A DNA stretch of 64,000 bases from Squalus acanthias. Taxonomy: Eukaryota. Every line of letters begins with the position of its first letter. Within the stretch, counting starts at the first letter, position 1. Positions 24,673 through 38,318 of this stretch are shown in pieces. The DNA lies in contig CM059432.1 in NCBI GenBank assembly GCA_030390025.1, forward strand, positions 73,038,001-73,102,000. Reading direction: 5' to 3'. A program made the translations under genes and the position numbers. A model generated the notes under the pieces. That model saw only the letters and a program-made list of their open reading frames with translations, made no database searches and was not told where the DNA came from.

Positions 24673-27616
24673 TTGCTTTTAAGAGTTGATTGGCTTGTAA
24701 GTCCATAACTGGTTATCTTGATATCACATAAGGAACTGACACAACTTATGTTCTGAGATGAAAAGTACAGCATAGCACACCGTTTGAAAAGTTTAATTCT
24801 GTTTATTTGAATTTAAATGGACCAAAAAGTGAGTTCTTGTTAATATTATGCAATTTAAGCATGAGAAGAAAAAGCTGAAATTGTCTTTTTGATTTTGCAA
24901 TTCTCCAAAATCCAATGAAACTACTGCATTGATTTTTTCACTGTATAATTTCAGTCTTTATCAAGAGGGCATTCAACCGTGAAATTGAAAAAGTGTATGC
25001 TATTAAATGAACGTTACCATCTTTTGCGAAACAAAAAAAATAACCAGCTTAACTACTAGAATATATAATGACAACTTCTTCTCAGAAAGCAGTTAAAGTA
25101 ATAGGTTTTTAAATCCCTAACGTGTGGTTTGAACAGATATATGACGGATCAGCGACAAAGACAGTGTTCTATTGTTTAAAGATTGAAAAAACTGTTGTCC
25201 TTGCTTAAAATAAACTATTATATTCGTTGAAAAACAAACTTTTTCTCGGAGAGGGGAGTGTGGGGGGATGAATAGAACTCTTAAAACATGTCCATTGTGA
25301 ATGAGAGGTACATTGGGAAGAACCTTCCACTTCTGGGTCATGTGTTGCAATTCCAAGAAAAACTACTCTCATTGCCTCTGCAAGGGTATGACATGAATTG
25401 AGCTTTGAGCAGACTCAAACCACTTCCTTTTGGGGTCAACTTCATAATACAGAACTGTCGATAAATTGGTATTAAACTGGCAAGGTCACAAGGCTGGCTA
25501 GTGTGAAAAGTGGAAATATATGTCATTGCATTAACAATGTTTTTCTGTGAATGGAGTTAAGATACATCGGTGGAGTAATATGGTATTTAACTATGCTATA
25601 CCTGGCCTGGGAGTGCTCAGTTCTGATAAGTGTAAAAAAGGGAGGAAAGTGTTCAATTGCCAAGGACAAATATTCATCATCTTGAACGCCAGAAAACCCA
25701 CCCTCTCCAAAATATTTTATGGGCTCTGCATGAAAAAATGTAACATATCAGCATTGAAGCATGTTCACCAATAATGTCAAATACGCATTACATGTGTTTG
25801 GGGATAAAAAGTAAATTAAAGATCATATGACCTTGACATTGCTCAAAGGTTTAGAAGCTGTTATACATGGGCACACAGTAGGCTTTATTAATGCGCGGAT
25901 GTATGTACATATATCTTAGACTACAATTTGTTTTGAAACCATATTAAAATTCAAGATGGTTATTTTAATTAATTAGGTGCTGTATGATTTTGTTTTTTTT
26001 AATTTTATTGGCTGTCTATTGATCTTGTTCACATTTCTGCAAGATAATATTTTAGTGGGAGCTAGGACTATGGTCCAAGTCTATAACTTACACAAATGCC
26101 ATTTAATAATTTGATAATTGTACATAGGTAACTGACACTACCTACACAATATTTTTCAATAAATCTAAATGTGAAAGCTGACATTAGCTGTTTATGAAGG
26201 CCTAGTCGATAATGACAATACCCTTACAACAAAATAAAAATGTTTGTAATATTCCAGGGAATCATAGTGAACCCAGAAATATATACAGATCATGGCATGA
26301 AGATAATAATGCTGTGGGCCATGGCTGACCAGTAAAAAGAGAGTTTCTGCCATTCAGATAGGAACTAAATATGCTTAACTCTTCAAAGCCGTTGCTCCTG
26401 ACACTATCCGCTAAGCATACTTTCAAGTTTTCGTAGCAGAGTTATTTCTGGAATATGCAGTTTATGTACCCATGCTACTGACCTTCCTTCTCCCCACCTC
26501 CCAAAGTTCTTAACAATCACAGAGCCAGAATTCAAGGACTAAAAGGGGGAGGGAAGCAATATAAGATACAAACCATAAATTTCTGACATTGATTCCTGCT
26601 CCATAGGTTTGAATATCTTCAGTAACAGATGGTACTTTTAAAGAGACTTTTTAATGGCATTTTTATGTGTTGTTAATCAAATAAGGAACTGTTTGTTAAA
26701 CACTTCAACATTGAGACAGTACCAGGTTAAAACCCAGTCAACGCAAAGCATATCTCCTAAATTTAGTTACCAAAACTGGTTACTATAGCAGATTATTTTG
26801 TGGATAATATCTTCACTGGTCAATCATGGCAGCAGACAGGTCCCTCGTGGCTATTTAAAATTTAGTGGAATGCAGTATCTGACAAAGATTAAGCAACATT
26901 ACAGCACATTCTGATATGCTTCTGGTTGTTTATCCTCTTACAATTAATATAGTTTTTCTGCTCAAGGTCATTATTTCCAGATACAGAGTCATTAGAGTCA
27001 TTCAGGTTGTTACTTTGTTGTTAAAAAGGTTAAGAGGTGTGAGAGTCAAGGAAGTCTGAGAGTCAAGGAAGTCTGAGAATGAAGCGTGAAAATGAAAAAC
27101 TTTTCTTTATCATGATAAGTCCAGTAGAAAGTGACTGTGAAAATACTCATTTCCCTTGTGATTCACACAGTCTTCAGAAACTGATGATTATTTACCATTC
27201 CCTGGGGTAAGATATGAAGAAACCACCTAAAAATGATCACTAACATTTACTATAGTTGTTTTATATGATTTATAGAAATCTGGAATCATTTTACAGAAAT
27301 CATACATTAAGTCTATGTTAGTATCTTGGCTATAATTTATTACTAATGATTAAATGATCCAACTACAAGAAAATTATTGGAAGATCCTAGAAAATTGAAG
27401 AGTTTTCAGAACAGCCAAAATGATGGTTAAATATCTGATTACCATTACCTCTTGGAAAAAAATTATATTGAGAGTAAACTATTTCCTTTGGTTTCTAAGG
27501 GTCAGTCACCAACCATGATCAAGAAAGATAATGGTCTCCACCAATGCTAGTCTGCAGAGATCTGCTCTCGGTCCCTCTTCATTTTTTTCCTCCTTTCCTG
27601 TGGATAAGCAACTGGA

Positions 27617-27772
27617 GGGCCAGAAATTTCGTCGGAGCTGCTCCCACTCCGCCACCATAACTTTGCTGGAAGTGTGGTGGAAATACCGTTTATGCGCATA
27701 AATGAAATTTTTACTGCACTTTTGTTGAAGCTATGGCAGTGGAGTGGGAGAAGCTATGAGAAAATTCCCGGC
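27617..27772. mobile_element. Fold-back (palindromic) Harbinger-type MITE, 156 bp
   Basis: Arms gggccagaaatttc..ctcccactcc..ccataacttt and aagctatgg..ggagtgggag..gaaaattcccggc around the central palindrome tttatgcgcataaa. Confidence 0.75.
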
Positions 27773-29039
27773 ATGTGGTCTCAGTTTAACATTCCACACA
27801 CCAACATGGCTAAGGCTGGAAATTCCTTGGACCTGCAGGAAATCAAAAGTTTTGCCTCACCACTCTGCCCTGCCACTCATTAGTCCCCATAACTCAACAA
27901 CGTCTTATTCATGAAAAAGTGCAACCAGGTTCAAGTTTTGCAATAATCAAAAAAATGCAACTGTAGGGCATCTGAAATGTCATAAAATGTCAAAAATAAA
28001 ACAGAAATTACTTAAAATCTACAGCAAATCGGTCAATATCTGAAAAAAAATTGTTCAATAGAAATAAAAATCAGGAGAGATGTAAAATGGGCTGCCGACT
28101 CGCTATCACCCATTTTATAGCATCGCAAATAATGTCAAGATCTGCCCCATTGAGTGCTGTAATTTCCCTTCTACCTAACAATAAAACTCAATAAAAACTG
28201 GCAGTTTTTTTCAATTCGGAAGCCTGTGTCTTTTTTCGGACTTGTGTATTTTTCTACTACAGGCTACCCTCTATATTTGACACACCTTATATAGTTATTT
28301 GCTAATTTTCATTCACATGAAAATATTGTATTAAATCATTTTTCTGACCTGCAGTTAATGCCATATGCTTAAGATTACAAAGTAATGAATTGCTCTGAAC
28401 AGCAAGGCCACTCAAGGGACATGTCAGGATCAAAAGACATTTGGGGACACACTAATTAAAATACTGACAAAATTAATTAAAAATCAATGTATTTAAAATA
28501 GTTACCGGAAAAACACACCAGAACTATAAGAATCCAGGTTACCAGGGCTAGTTGAGAGGTTACAGAGAGTATTAATAATAAAAACAATTTGCATTTATAT
28601 AGCACTTTTAACAGAGAAAATTATCCCAAGACACTTCACAGAAGCATAACATAGGAGCTGCCTCCTCCAGAAAGTAGAAGGCCAATTTTAACTCTGGAAG
28701 GGAAACGGGGTTGTGGGAGGTGAAGCGGGCAGTGAACCGTCCGGCCCCCTTTCTGCACATGCCGGCGGGCTGGAGACCATGCAGACCACAATCGGGCCTG
28801 CAGTTAAAATGCACATCCTGATGACATCATTGGGATGTGACACTGCCATTTTAATTAGGCCCTCATCTCTTCTGGGATGGATGGCCATTCCGTGCCTGAA
28901 GTCAGGTAAGTAAAAATGGTAGGGCAGGGGAGCAGGACTGTGTCGGGAACCCCCTCCACCATCTTACCCTTGCTCCCACACCGCTTCTACTGAGTGGGGT
29001 TGGGGGGAGAGGAGTTAATAACAGGTTTAAGAGTCAGGA

Positions 29040-29270
29040 GCAGACAGTCCAACTCTGTCCTGGCCAATATTTATCCCCCCATCAACATCACTAAAAGAGA
29101 TTATCTGGGCATTATCACATTGCTGTTTGTGGAAGCTTGCTGTGCGCACATTGGCTGTTGTGTTTCCTACATTACAACAGTGACTACACTTCAAAAAAAG
29201 TATTTCATTGGCTCTAATGCACTTTGGGACGTCCGGTGGTCATGAAAGGTGCTATATAAATGCAGGTACA
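29040..29270 (+). mobile_element. Deu-domain SINE (SacSINE1-like), 3' half
   Basis: gtcctggccaatatttatcc..cattgctgtttgtggaagcttgctgtgcgcac..acagtgactacacttcaaaa..ctttgggacgtcc..gtgctatataaatgca. Confidence 0.7.
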
Positions 29271-29289
29271 GTATTTCTTTTTTTTTTTG

Positions 29290-30144
29290 GGGCTGAATTT
29301 TAATGGAGAAGGCGGGTTGGGAGCGTGGGGGCTCCGAGGCAGTTGGGAAACCTGGGGGAACGGGTTTCCCTCAGGCCCTGCCGAATTTAACGGCAGGGCC
29401 TGATTTGCATAGGAAGCTTCTGCTTCCCACCTGCAGCCAGCCAGACGGAGAGGCTGGCTGGCTCCAGGCTGGTAGGCCTGCGGCATTGGGCTGCAGAGAA
29501 AAGGGAGGGAGGGAGGGAGGGATCATGTGAGGGCCAGAGGAGTGGGTGGGGGGAGGTGAACGGAAGCGATTGGGGGCTGGGACCAGCATGGGAGGGGAGG
29601 AGGTGTCTGAAGAGATTGGTGGCCGGGAGGAGCAGCGGGGGGGGGGTGAGGAGGAGCGGCAGGTGGGTGGGGTGGAGGCAGATGACATTGGAGGGCCGGA
29701 GGAGAAGGGGAGGAGGAGTAAGGGAGGAGCCAAATGACATTGGAAGGCTGAAGGAGCATGGGGCAGGGTGGGGGGGAAATCGGAGGCCTTGTGGGGGTTT
29801 CTCCGATCATGGGGGGTGGGTTAGGTAGGGACCCTGAATCCAGGAGGTAAGTGTAAAGGCAATCCTCACCTGACTTTAGCCGGCGGGTATCACGAGGCGT
29901 GCAAAATCTGACCAGGTAAAGTTAAATTCAAAATGGATGTTAAAGCAGAGGCTTCCAGCCTCATTATAATATTTAATAGGCAACCCGCCTCGTGGCAGCG
30001 GATTGGCTCCCTGCCCCGTCCCGCCTCCGTTAAAATCAGAAGTGGGCGAGTTGCAGGGGGATTCATGTCGGGATTCAGATTTTTAACATTTTAACTACCC
30101 ACACGCCCCCAACCCACCCGTTTATTCAGGTTAAAATTCCCCCC
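29290..30144. mobile_element. Harbinger-type MITE family F with degenerate G-rich core
   Basis: TIR GGGCTGAATTTTAA / TTAAAATTCCCCCC; right 300 bp similar to 10560-10903. Confidence 0.78.
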
Positions 30145-31100
30145 TTTCTGTTATAAAATCTCACTTATTTATTACTCACATGTCTGATTAAAACAGCCCA
30201 TGGCATCACAAAAGTAATGCTTGGAATGTGAATATAAAATTTGACCCATAAACCTCATTCCATCTAATATATTGGCACTAAAGGCAATTTGCCCTTTGAC
30301 TCTACTGTCCCTTGAATTATAATGTTTGACTTACCATCTTTTTCTAGAGCTCAGATTTATCCTGCAACAAAAGTTTGTTAGTTCCTTTCTGAAAGAAATT
30401 CAAAATACCATGTAAAGTATTATAAAATTGGCATCAATAATTTAAATTTTTTTAAAATTCAAATGTTATTCCAAGATATTGGTTGGGTTGATCCACTGAG
30501 CAAACATTTTGCCATAAGTTGATTACTGTCAGGAGAAGTTGACCTGAACATCTATATTTAATAGATTCTTGTCATTATTTTTAATGAGGACAGTCGAACA
30601 AGGGGGTGCATATTTTCCTCTGTTGGATTGAATGACTTTATAACGCTATTTTTTCCAAATTTCAAAAACTGTCAATCAATAAGGCAGCTGCGCATGGTTT
30701 TCCTGTGGGGTGATTTTGTGAAGCACAAATTAATTAGTGAGAATGACAGAAAACTGAGCAATCACACATAGCTGTAATAATGCTTCTTTCACCAATCTCA
30801 AGTTGCTAAATTGTTACTTAACCAGTATAATTGCCAAAAATTTGATAATCCAGCTGTGGAGTATGCAATACATTCATGTAATGGCTGCACTAAGGTGGAG
30901 GAAATCCCAATCTGCCCACAAAGCTTTGCATCAATGGCGCAATCACTAACAGAATTACACATTAGTTCTGCTTTGGTTGTAGGAGCCATGGCAGCGACAC
31001 TAAGCTGGTTTACGAATTATGCAATAATTTCACCAAATTCTTCCATCAAATTATTAAACATTTCTTTAGTAATATTCTTTTGCTTTGAGTATACTATATT

Positions 31101-31163
31101 GGGGTGATTTTCTAACTTTGTGCTCCTAGCGGGGAGAGTGGCAAAAAGCTAGAAAATTACCCC
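31101..31163. mobile_element. 63-bp micro-MITE / hairpin
   Basis: GGGGTGATTTTCTAAC ... GCTAGAAAATTACCCC inverted ends with a Harbinger-like terminus. Confidence 0.55.
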
Positions 31164-31953
31164 TCAGTTTTGAGTCAGCCTGCCAAAATGTATATTATTG
31201 GCAAGTGGCATTTAAACTATTACTGGAATAGTTTGAAACTTTTTATGTTGTGGCTATGGTGTTTCAATAATGTGGTTTACTTCTGACCAATGCATTTTAT
31301 TGCATTTAGAATTTACAAAAGGTCATGAGAAAGAAATATATAACACATATTAAAAACCCGATCATAGTCAGTTTAATTCAGTTTCAGAGTAGATATGAAA
31401 CAGTGCTACAGATGCACATAATGAATCAGTTCACTAATTTACTTTTATCAAACCTTAATTACTTCTGCAGTTGGGACGCAGAAGGAAACTTAATTGTGTT
31501 TTTTTTTAATGAACAGCAACTCTTCTAAAGAGATAATTATATAATTTTATATCACCTCCCAAAGCAGGTTGCTGTGCTACAGGTATTTTAAATGTGGCGG
31601 GCATAGTCTGTATTCAAACCAAAGGGAATTCAAGGGGACTTATTTTCATGTACTGGTGTAAATCAGTTCTAAATGGTTAAGATCTGGTGCAAATCTCGTC
31701 AGAATAGTAATACACTAATTGCACTCAATTGTCAGGAGTCAGCCTATTTGCTTAATTATTCACAACTGTAAGTGCAGATTTGGACATGTGCAGGGAGCAC
31801 ATTAGTGATGGGTGCAGAAAATTAAATGTAGGTGAAATTTAAAGCTGTGGGTAATTAAAGAGAGGTGGCAGAATAGGAGGACAAATATTCTTACTGCCTT
31901 TGGAAATGCTCCAAAGGCATCTCAACCCATTGACAGCTTTTGCCAAGGCAGAA

Positions 31954-31980
31954 GGGGGGGGGGGGGGGGGGGGGGGGGGG
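31954..31980. repeat. Poly-G homopolymer (27 nt)
   Basis: Read directly from the sequence. Confidence 0.95.
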
Positions 31981-32599
31981 AAGGAGGGAAAAAAAGCCAC
32001 AATGTAAGTTTTACAATATCACTAGAAACTGCTTTTGCGAATAGACGTGGATGAATGCTTAATGCGTTCCTCTGTCCTGTATTTTAATGGAGGCAGTAAC
32101 ATATTTAAATAATGTAACAATGTGCAATGAGCACTTCAAGTGTTTAGGCACTAATATATATCTTAGTTCAAAGTCGTTTAATTACAGTTATCTGATAATT
32201 CAAATTTTTGGCACTAAAATCCAACTTTAATAATATTGTTTAATACAAATGATTGGATAATTCAAATTTTTGCACAAAAATTACTTTGAAATATAGTAGA
32301 CGAGTAATTTCTAGCCATATCCCAGCAAATAAAAATTTGTTTAATAAAGTATTACCATTAAATTATTTTAGGTATATTATAACATTTTTACAAGACTTCT
32401 GAATTATCAATAACACTAGTATTTTTATTGGGCAGTCACAATATTTAGATTATTTTTAAATAATAAGTACTAGCTGCATTGATACTATCGATACTTCTTC
32501 TTAGTTTAAGTAAAACTATTTCCAAATGTGAGTTCAAGTCTCACTTTTTATTTATATCTTACCACACCCCGCCCCTCCATATAGTTGTGTATTAGTTTC

Positions 32600-33790
32600 T
32601 CAGGGTAAGGAGTGTTAATAAGGCTTGGCTTTGCCATCTCCCACAACCTCTCTACTACCATGGTCACGATCACTTTCTTATATCCCTTGCTACTCACATT
32701 CACTAGCCACTTCCAAATCCACTTCCTTCTGCGTCCACCCTGGAAAAAAACTCTCCCCGAGTCGCTTACAACTGCACTTCCAAATTCCTAACTACCTAGT
32801 TTTTGGTGCTCTATTCGCCACAATACTTCTGTAGCTGTCAATTTGCTCAACCACTCCATCACCTCCACCTTTATTGCCCTGCTCCCCAGCAAAACCTTTC
32901 GGGGGAAAAATTTGTTTGATTTGCGCCGCTAACTAGCGCCCGGGTGCGGCACCGCTAACACCTCCCGCAAAATTCAGCTGGAGGTTAGCGGTGGCGCTAA
33001 CTGTTAGCGCCTCGTGGTGCTGTGCCTCCGGCGATGATGTCATCGCCATGCGCAGCGCCCCGCTCACGATCTTCAGTAGCGCCCCGACTTACTGCCGGAC
33101 ATTATGTCCGACAGGGTCAAGGGGGCCTACCTGCGGCCGGGCTCTTTTGCCGGCACTCCGATCCCTGGTGGCCCAGCTGGGCCCCGGGCCGCGCTGCGCA
33201 AGGCCCCTCCCCTTTAATAAGGGGAAGAAGGCCTGCAGTACTGCGGCATGACGTGCCGCAGCGCGTTGCACTGCTGTACATAGCGCCGCGATATTCACTC
33301 GCAGCGCCCCAAGAGGGAGGCGGGGCACTTCCAGTAGCGCCCCGCCTCCCTCTTGGGGCGTTACCAGTGAATTTTGGGCGCGGGGGTGCTAATATTTTCG
33401 GGGCGCTAAAAGTAGCGCCCCGAAAATATTAGCACCCCCGCGAAGTTAGCGCCCCAAAGGGGACGCGACCCAATTTTGCCCCTTTACTCTCTCCCATCCT
33501 GGTCATACCCCCTGGTATAGCCCCCATCTTTGCTCCCTTAAGTCCAAGGGGCGCAGACTTGAGCATATATGTTGCACAACTAGTTTAGCTATCCATCACC
33601 AGATCTGGCTGGACCACATAAAGTGTTATTGTGTCTCACCCTCCTCTGCCAAAACCATTCACTATGCCAGAAACATCAAGAAGAACAAAGATAATCGAGG
33701 CTTCTTTACACCACTAATAATGGTCTCCTTAATTCCCTCTCCCCTGCCCCTTTCACCCTCACATCCAACAAGTGTGAGGAGCTCATAGCA
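32600..33790 (+). mobile_element. Decayed L2-like LINE fragment interrupted by a MITE
   Basis: C/T-rich L2-ORF2-like sequence is continuous across the MITE (aaaacc ttt | actctctccc); no intact ORF. Confidence 0.5.
32901..33482 (+). mobile_element. Harbinger-type MITE family A
   Basis: GGGGGAAAAATT / CAATTTTGCCCC; colinear with 2840-3504. Confidence 0.82.
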
Positions 33791-33829
33791 TCATACAGCA
33801 CATGGACTTCTTTGTTACTAACATTCCCC

Positions 33830-34141
33830 AACACATTGGTAAACTGGAGCAAGAAGGAAAAGATGGAACAGGACACACCCCACCGGAGGGCGAGCTCGTG
33901 TTCTAGCTCTGCTATGGAGGCCACAGATGAGGACCTTCAGGGCCCCGTCGTTAAAAGAGTAGGGATAAGTGTGCACCAACAATTGTTCCGTGTATTGGAT
34001 GGCCTCCCAGGAAGCTTCCACACCATGTCAGACAGTGTGAAGGAATCCACTTCCAACTTGTGCAGGGTCATTGTGCATAGCATCGAGGCAATGCCCTCAC
34101 TAAATCATTTGGCATCTCTCCCTGAACAGGCCACCTGCTAG
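33830..34141 (+). pseudogene. Orphan fragment of a Harbinger Myb-gene exon 3
   Basis: PHRRASSCSSSAMEATDEDLQGPVVKRVGISVHQQL..LPGSFHTMSDSVKESTSNL aligns by eye to PQRVNLRMRSAAQDSDEDLDGEVFIRRAMGMHTEL..LPESISAMSRIVEESGSNI (ORF 14250-14681). Confidence 0.7.
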
Positions 34142-35528
34142 TCTTCTTAATTTTAAAATGGTACATGTTAACAGAAAGGCCTAAAAAAGCGAAACAAAAA
34201 TAACAAAAAAAGTGGATGGGGAAGCGCAAATTAGGAAGGTAGCAATAAGCTGATTTTTGTAACAATTCAATCATGGGTTATTATAATTTTACGCAAACTA
34301 TTAACTTTCTGTCTCTAGTCTCCCTACCTTTCCACCAAACATTGATACTGTTGAAAATCAAAGACTTCTACTCCCTCCAAAAAGAGAATGATCATCAAAA
34401 ATTTACACATCTATTATCTGCTGTGGTGATAATGATGATGCAAAATAAAACACATAATTAAAATAAACGTCTTTTAGAATAAAACTGGCTTTTGTTTTAC
34501 ACGTTAAAAATAACTAACATGATAAATCATTTTTGTATTTAATCAACTGAATAATCTTGATTGCATCTCAAGTGGAAAAAGATTTGAACAAAATGGTTAT
34601 TCTGTTTACCAGAATTGGAAAATGAATATTTTTCACACAATAAAGGGCTGAGACAACATATTAATTGTTTTTGTGTGCAAATGTCCACATCCTCTGGGTG
34701 TAGCTGCAAACTCTTTGAATTCAAATATTCATGTTCTTGTGAAATAAAAAAATCTTACATAAATTTTTAGGCTTGCTTTGTGTGCACCCATGAACTTGTA
34801 ATAATTTATGCAGTAGTTTCTTAATACTAGAAAATGAGAATTATGCACAATATGTTACATTATTTGCTTTCTAAAACAAAGACTCCATAATATTCATCAG
34901 AGAAGTTGTATAAAGAATCCATTTAGTAGCTGAATTCCAGATTAAATGTAATACTGGCTTTGTTTATACATAAATTAGTACATTTCTTTGCATGTAATTA
35001 TTAGGCAACAAAGTTATATTTAAAAAAATCACTGCAATCCTCATTTGCACTAAAATAGCTATTTCTCAATCAAAGATTGTGTTGAATCCCTCAATTGCTA
35101 CATGTAATACCAGTTTCTTTATTAAAATGATATTTAAATATCCCAACCTGCAAGCGATCCGTTCATGTGTGAATTGTTTCAATACTTTCATTCAGGTAGT
35201 CAGGAAACTTGAAATGTATAATTCGTGTTTTTCATTTCTTGTTGAAAAAACTACAGAAAATGGTTCAGTGCTTTCAGTTTTTCCATTACTTTCAACCAAA
35301 CCCTTTTTATTACTCGTTTTAGTAAAACACATTAAAATCAAATATCTCCTGTAGCAAAACGATTCAAGCCCCTGGAACTCAAATAATTTTCTAATAAAAA
35401 ATGCATGAGACAAATAAATGCACTTTATGTTCCACAAGAAAAGACAGTTTCAACAGCCTAATGCACAGAGAAAATTCATTTTATCAGTCATCCATTTCAT
35501 TCTTGGCTGCTGCTACAAGCTCTCTACC

Positions 35529-35541
35529 GTTGCTAGGTAAC
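35529..35541. promoter_or_regulatory. RFX X-box-like motif in TE-poor intronic DNA
   Basis: GTTGCTAGGTAAC fits the RFX palindromic consensus; a second imperfect site TTGCCATAAGCAAC lies at 35838-35851. Motif match only. Confidence 0.35.
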
Positions 35542-36903
35542 CATAATTCATAGTAGCTCTTAATGGATACTCTGCTACCACTGAGAACATTTAGGTGAAG
35601 AGAATAAATGCCTTGGGTGAATCTTGGAATCTTTCATTATGCATGTCATTCTATTTTTGTAATGCTATAATGCTGCAATGTTTCTGCGGTAGGAAACTGA
35701 GTTGTAGTAATTGCATATTTCACTGTAATATGTTTTGTAAGCAGAGCAGCACGTAGTTGTCTAAAATGAGCTATTACAAACATGATTGAAATTGACCTTT
35801 TCTGCTCTTGAAGCCAACAAATAAACCCACAGCTGTCTTGCCATAAGCAACACAAAAAAATAAACTGGCTAGGATTTTATAGACAGACAGATATTCAGAA
35901 CATAAGCTCTTAAGAGCAAAAAAATTCACAATTTCCATTAAGTGTATTATTTCTATATATTTTTCAAGTTTGAAAAAAACATTAAAATAATGGTCAGAAC
36001 AAAAATATTGAAAAATGCAACAAGAATTATGGTCAGATTATTTTGACTCATTGTGAGAGGGGTTTATTATAAAATTAGCAATATAACAATATATCTTAAC
36101 TTGGTTACACTACGTTTTACAGGGACATAGCTCTAATAGACCTGACTCTCATTACTAGCTACAACTGAGAAAATTAGGTTTATTCTAAAGCTAATGTCCA
36201 TAATATGGTTTTGCTGTATATTTAGGGATTTCTTCTGCTTTGTACAACATGGCATAATTAATATTACTGTTCACAGAAGGCACAGATGTCCTAATGAGAA
36301 TTTTAGCAATGTTTACATATCACTGCATGCCTTTCATCTATTGTTGCACTAATTGTATGTCATGAGAGAGTTTACGCACTTTAATTACGGAATGTTTATC
36401 TTTAGTCAAAAGAGACAACAATATGATTGCTTTCTAAACTCCTTTTGTTGAGTGGCAGCAGGCTGTTCTACTGTTGTGGTATCACAACAGAGCCCGATAG
36501 TGTCCTCATCAGACATTCCAGCAGGGCTCACTTGATAATGAGCAGGAGCCAGAGCCCTGTCTGTCTTTCCCATCCCTAGTCCAGGCGCTGAGGTGAATTG
36601 TAGGGCTCCTACAACTGCCTGGGGCTGAGGCCAACTAATTCAGCACAGAATAGAAACCAAACTGTGACCTTTACTTTATATAGATACACATACATATATA
36701 CATGTACACACATATATAATATTCTGTAGCAGCCATCTTTTTTCTTATTGGTAGTAAATGTTTCATGTCATTCACTGTTCTATGCTAAAGTTAATAAAAC
36801 AATATTTTGTACAAAGCACTGTAAGTAAGTACATTTTTTCTTGCACTTAATTATCATTCATCAAAGTACAGAATATTCGTAATCAATTGCAACAAACTTT
36901 ATT

Positions 36904-37550
36904 GGGGGAAAATTGGGTGGCACCCCTTTGGGGCGCTAAAGTCGCCAGGGTGCTAAAGTTAGCGCCCCTCCTCCGGAAATTCAGTAGTAGCGCCCCAAGC
37001 AGGAGGTGGGGCGCTACTGGAAGCGCTCCACCTCCTTCTTGGGGCGCTACTACTGAAGATCGTGGTGCTATGTGCAACAGCGCCACGTGCGTCGGCACGT
37101 AGCACCTCGTCATTGCAGACCTCCTCCCCTGATTAAAGGGGCGGGGCCTAGCGCTGCGCACACCGGGGCCCTGCTAGACCACCGGGGAGCGGGGTGCCTT
37201 GAAAACAGCCCGGCACTCAAGAGGAGTGCTGGGCTGAGCCATCGCGGCCGGCACCCTGAAAAAAAGGGAAAGGGGGCAGGTGCTGGCAGTCGGCCAAAAA
37301 AAATATGGCCGCCCAACACCTGCCCCTTTAACTACCGCCGCCGCCGCAAAAATGCCCCGACCCTGTCGGACATATCGTCTGGCAACAGATCAGGAGGCGC
37401 AAGGGAAGTTTGACGTCATCGCCGCCGCTAGCCTCCCACTGAATTTCGCGGGAGGCGTTAGCGGCGCCACGCCTGGGCGTTAAGGGATTTGCGCCCTGTT
37501 AGCGCCCCAGGGGCGCCAACAAGAGGCACAAATCAACCCAATTTTTCCCA
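36904..37550 (-). mobile_element. Harbinger-type MITE family A (inverted relative to the 2840 copy)
   Basis: GGGGGAAAATTGGGT / ACCCAATTTTTCCCA; the reverse complement is colinear with 2840-3504. Confidence 0.82.
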
Positions 37551-38318
37551 AATGTCCTTTATTCTCGAGTATAATAAGCTTATTTAAGCAGTCTGAATAT
37601 GACTGGTACTGCTATGTTTATTTTCTGTCTAAATTGACAAGTTACTTTAGCTATGAGAAATGCCAGAGATGTAGGTGATCTTCAAAAAGTGAAAGGCATG
37701 ATGGCCTAGATACTGAGCTAGTACAATCATATAAAACATCGCCATGTACACATGGAAACCTCAGCTTGGTTTCAGTCCAATGATGTGTAACAACATACAT
37801 TTACAATTTCTTGTATGGTTGTTAAGGTTTCTAAGTGTGCGTGCTGGTAACTTCAGCCCTTTATTACAGGTCTTTCTTACATCTTGACAACTGTGGGCGC
37901 TCTACTTAGGATCTGGTTTGCCCAAGTTGTCTGCAGGATATCTGGGACTACCTTGCTTCACCACACCACATCTTGATGCATTCAATAGTGTTACTGCTAA
38001 GTCCATATTGAAAATCTCAATAAAACGTGAAAGGTATTTTATCTGGTGTATTTTTTTTATTCTCCCAATACTTTTGCAACTATTTACTTCCCCACATAAG
38101 GCTCCTCCACAGTATGTCCAATTCTTTGACTGAGAAAGCAATCATGTGATTTTACCCTAATATCTGCTGCTAGAAGATGTACAAAAGCATCAAGCAAACA
38201 CTCTAACTTTTCCTCCATTTATTTGGCTCTCCTGATAAAGGTTGAGATCATAAATGTACTGTGAGAGGAACTTTCTCAAGTACATAAAAAAGTAACAGAA
38301 TTTGACAACAGAAAACAC

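Noticed and set aside
27041..27078. 17-bp direct repeat gagagtcaaggaagtct x2
   Set aside because: Simple local tandem duplication with no associated element.
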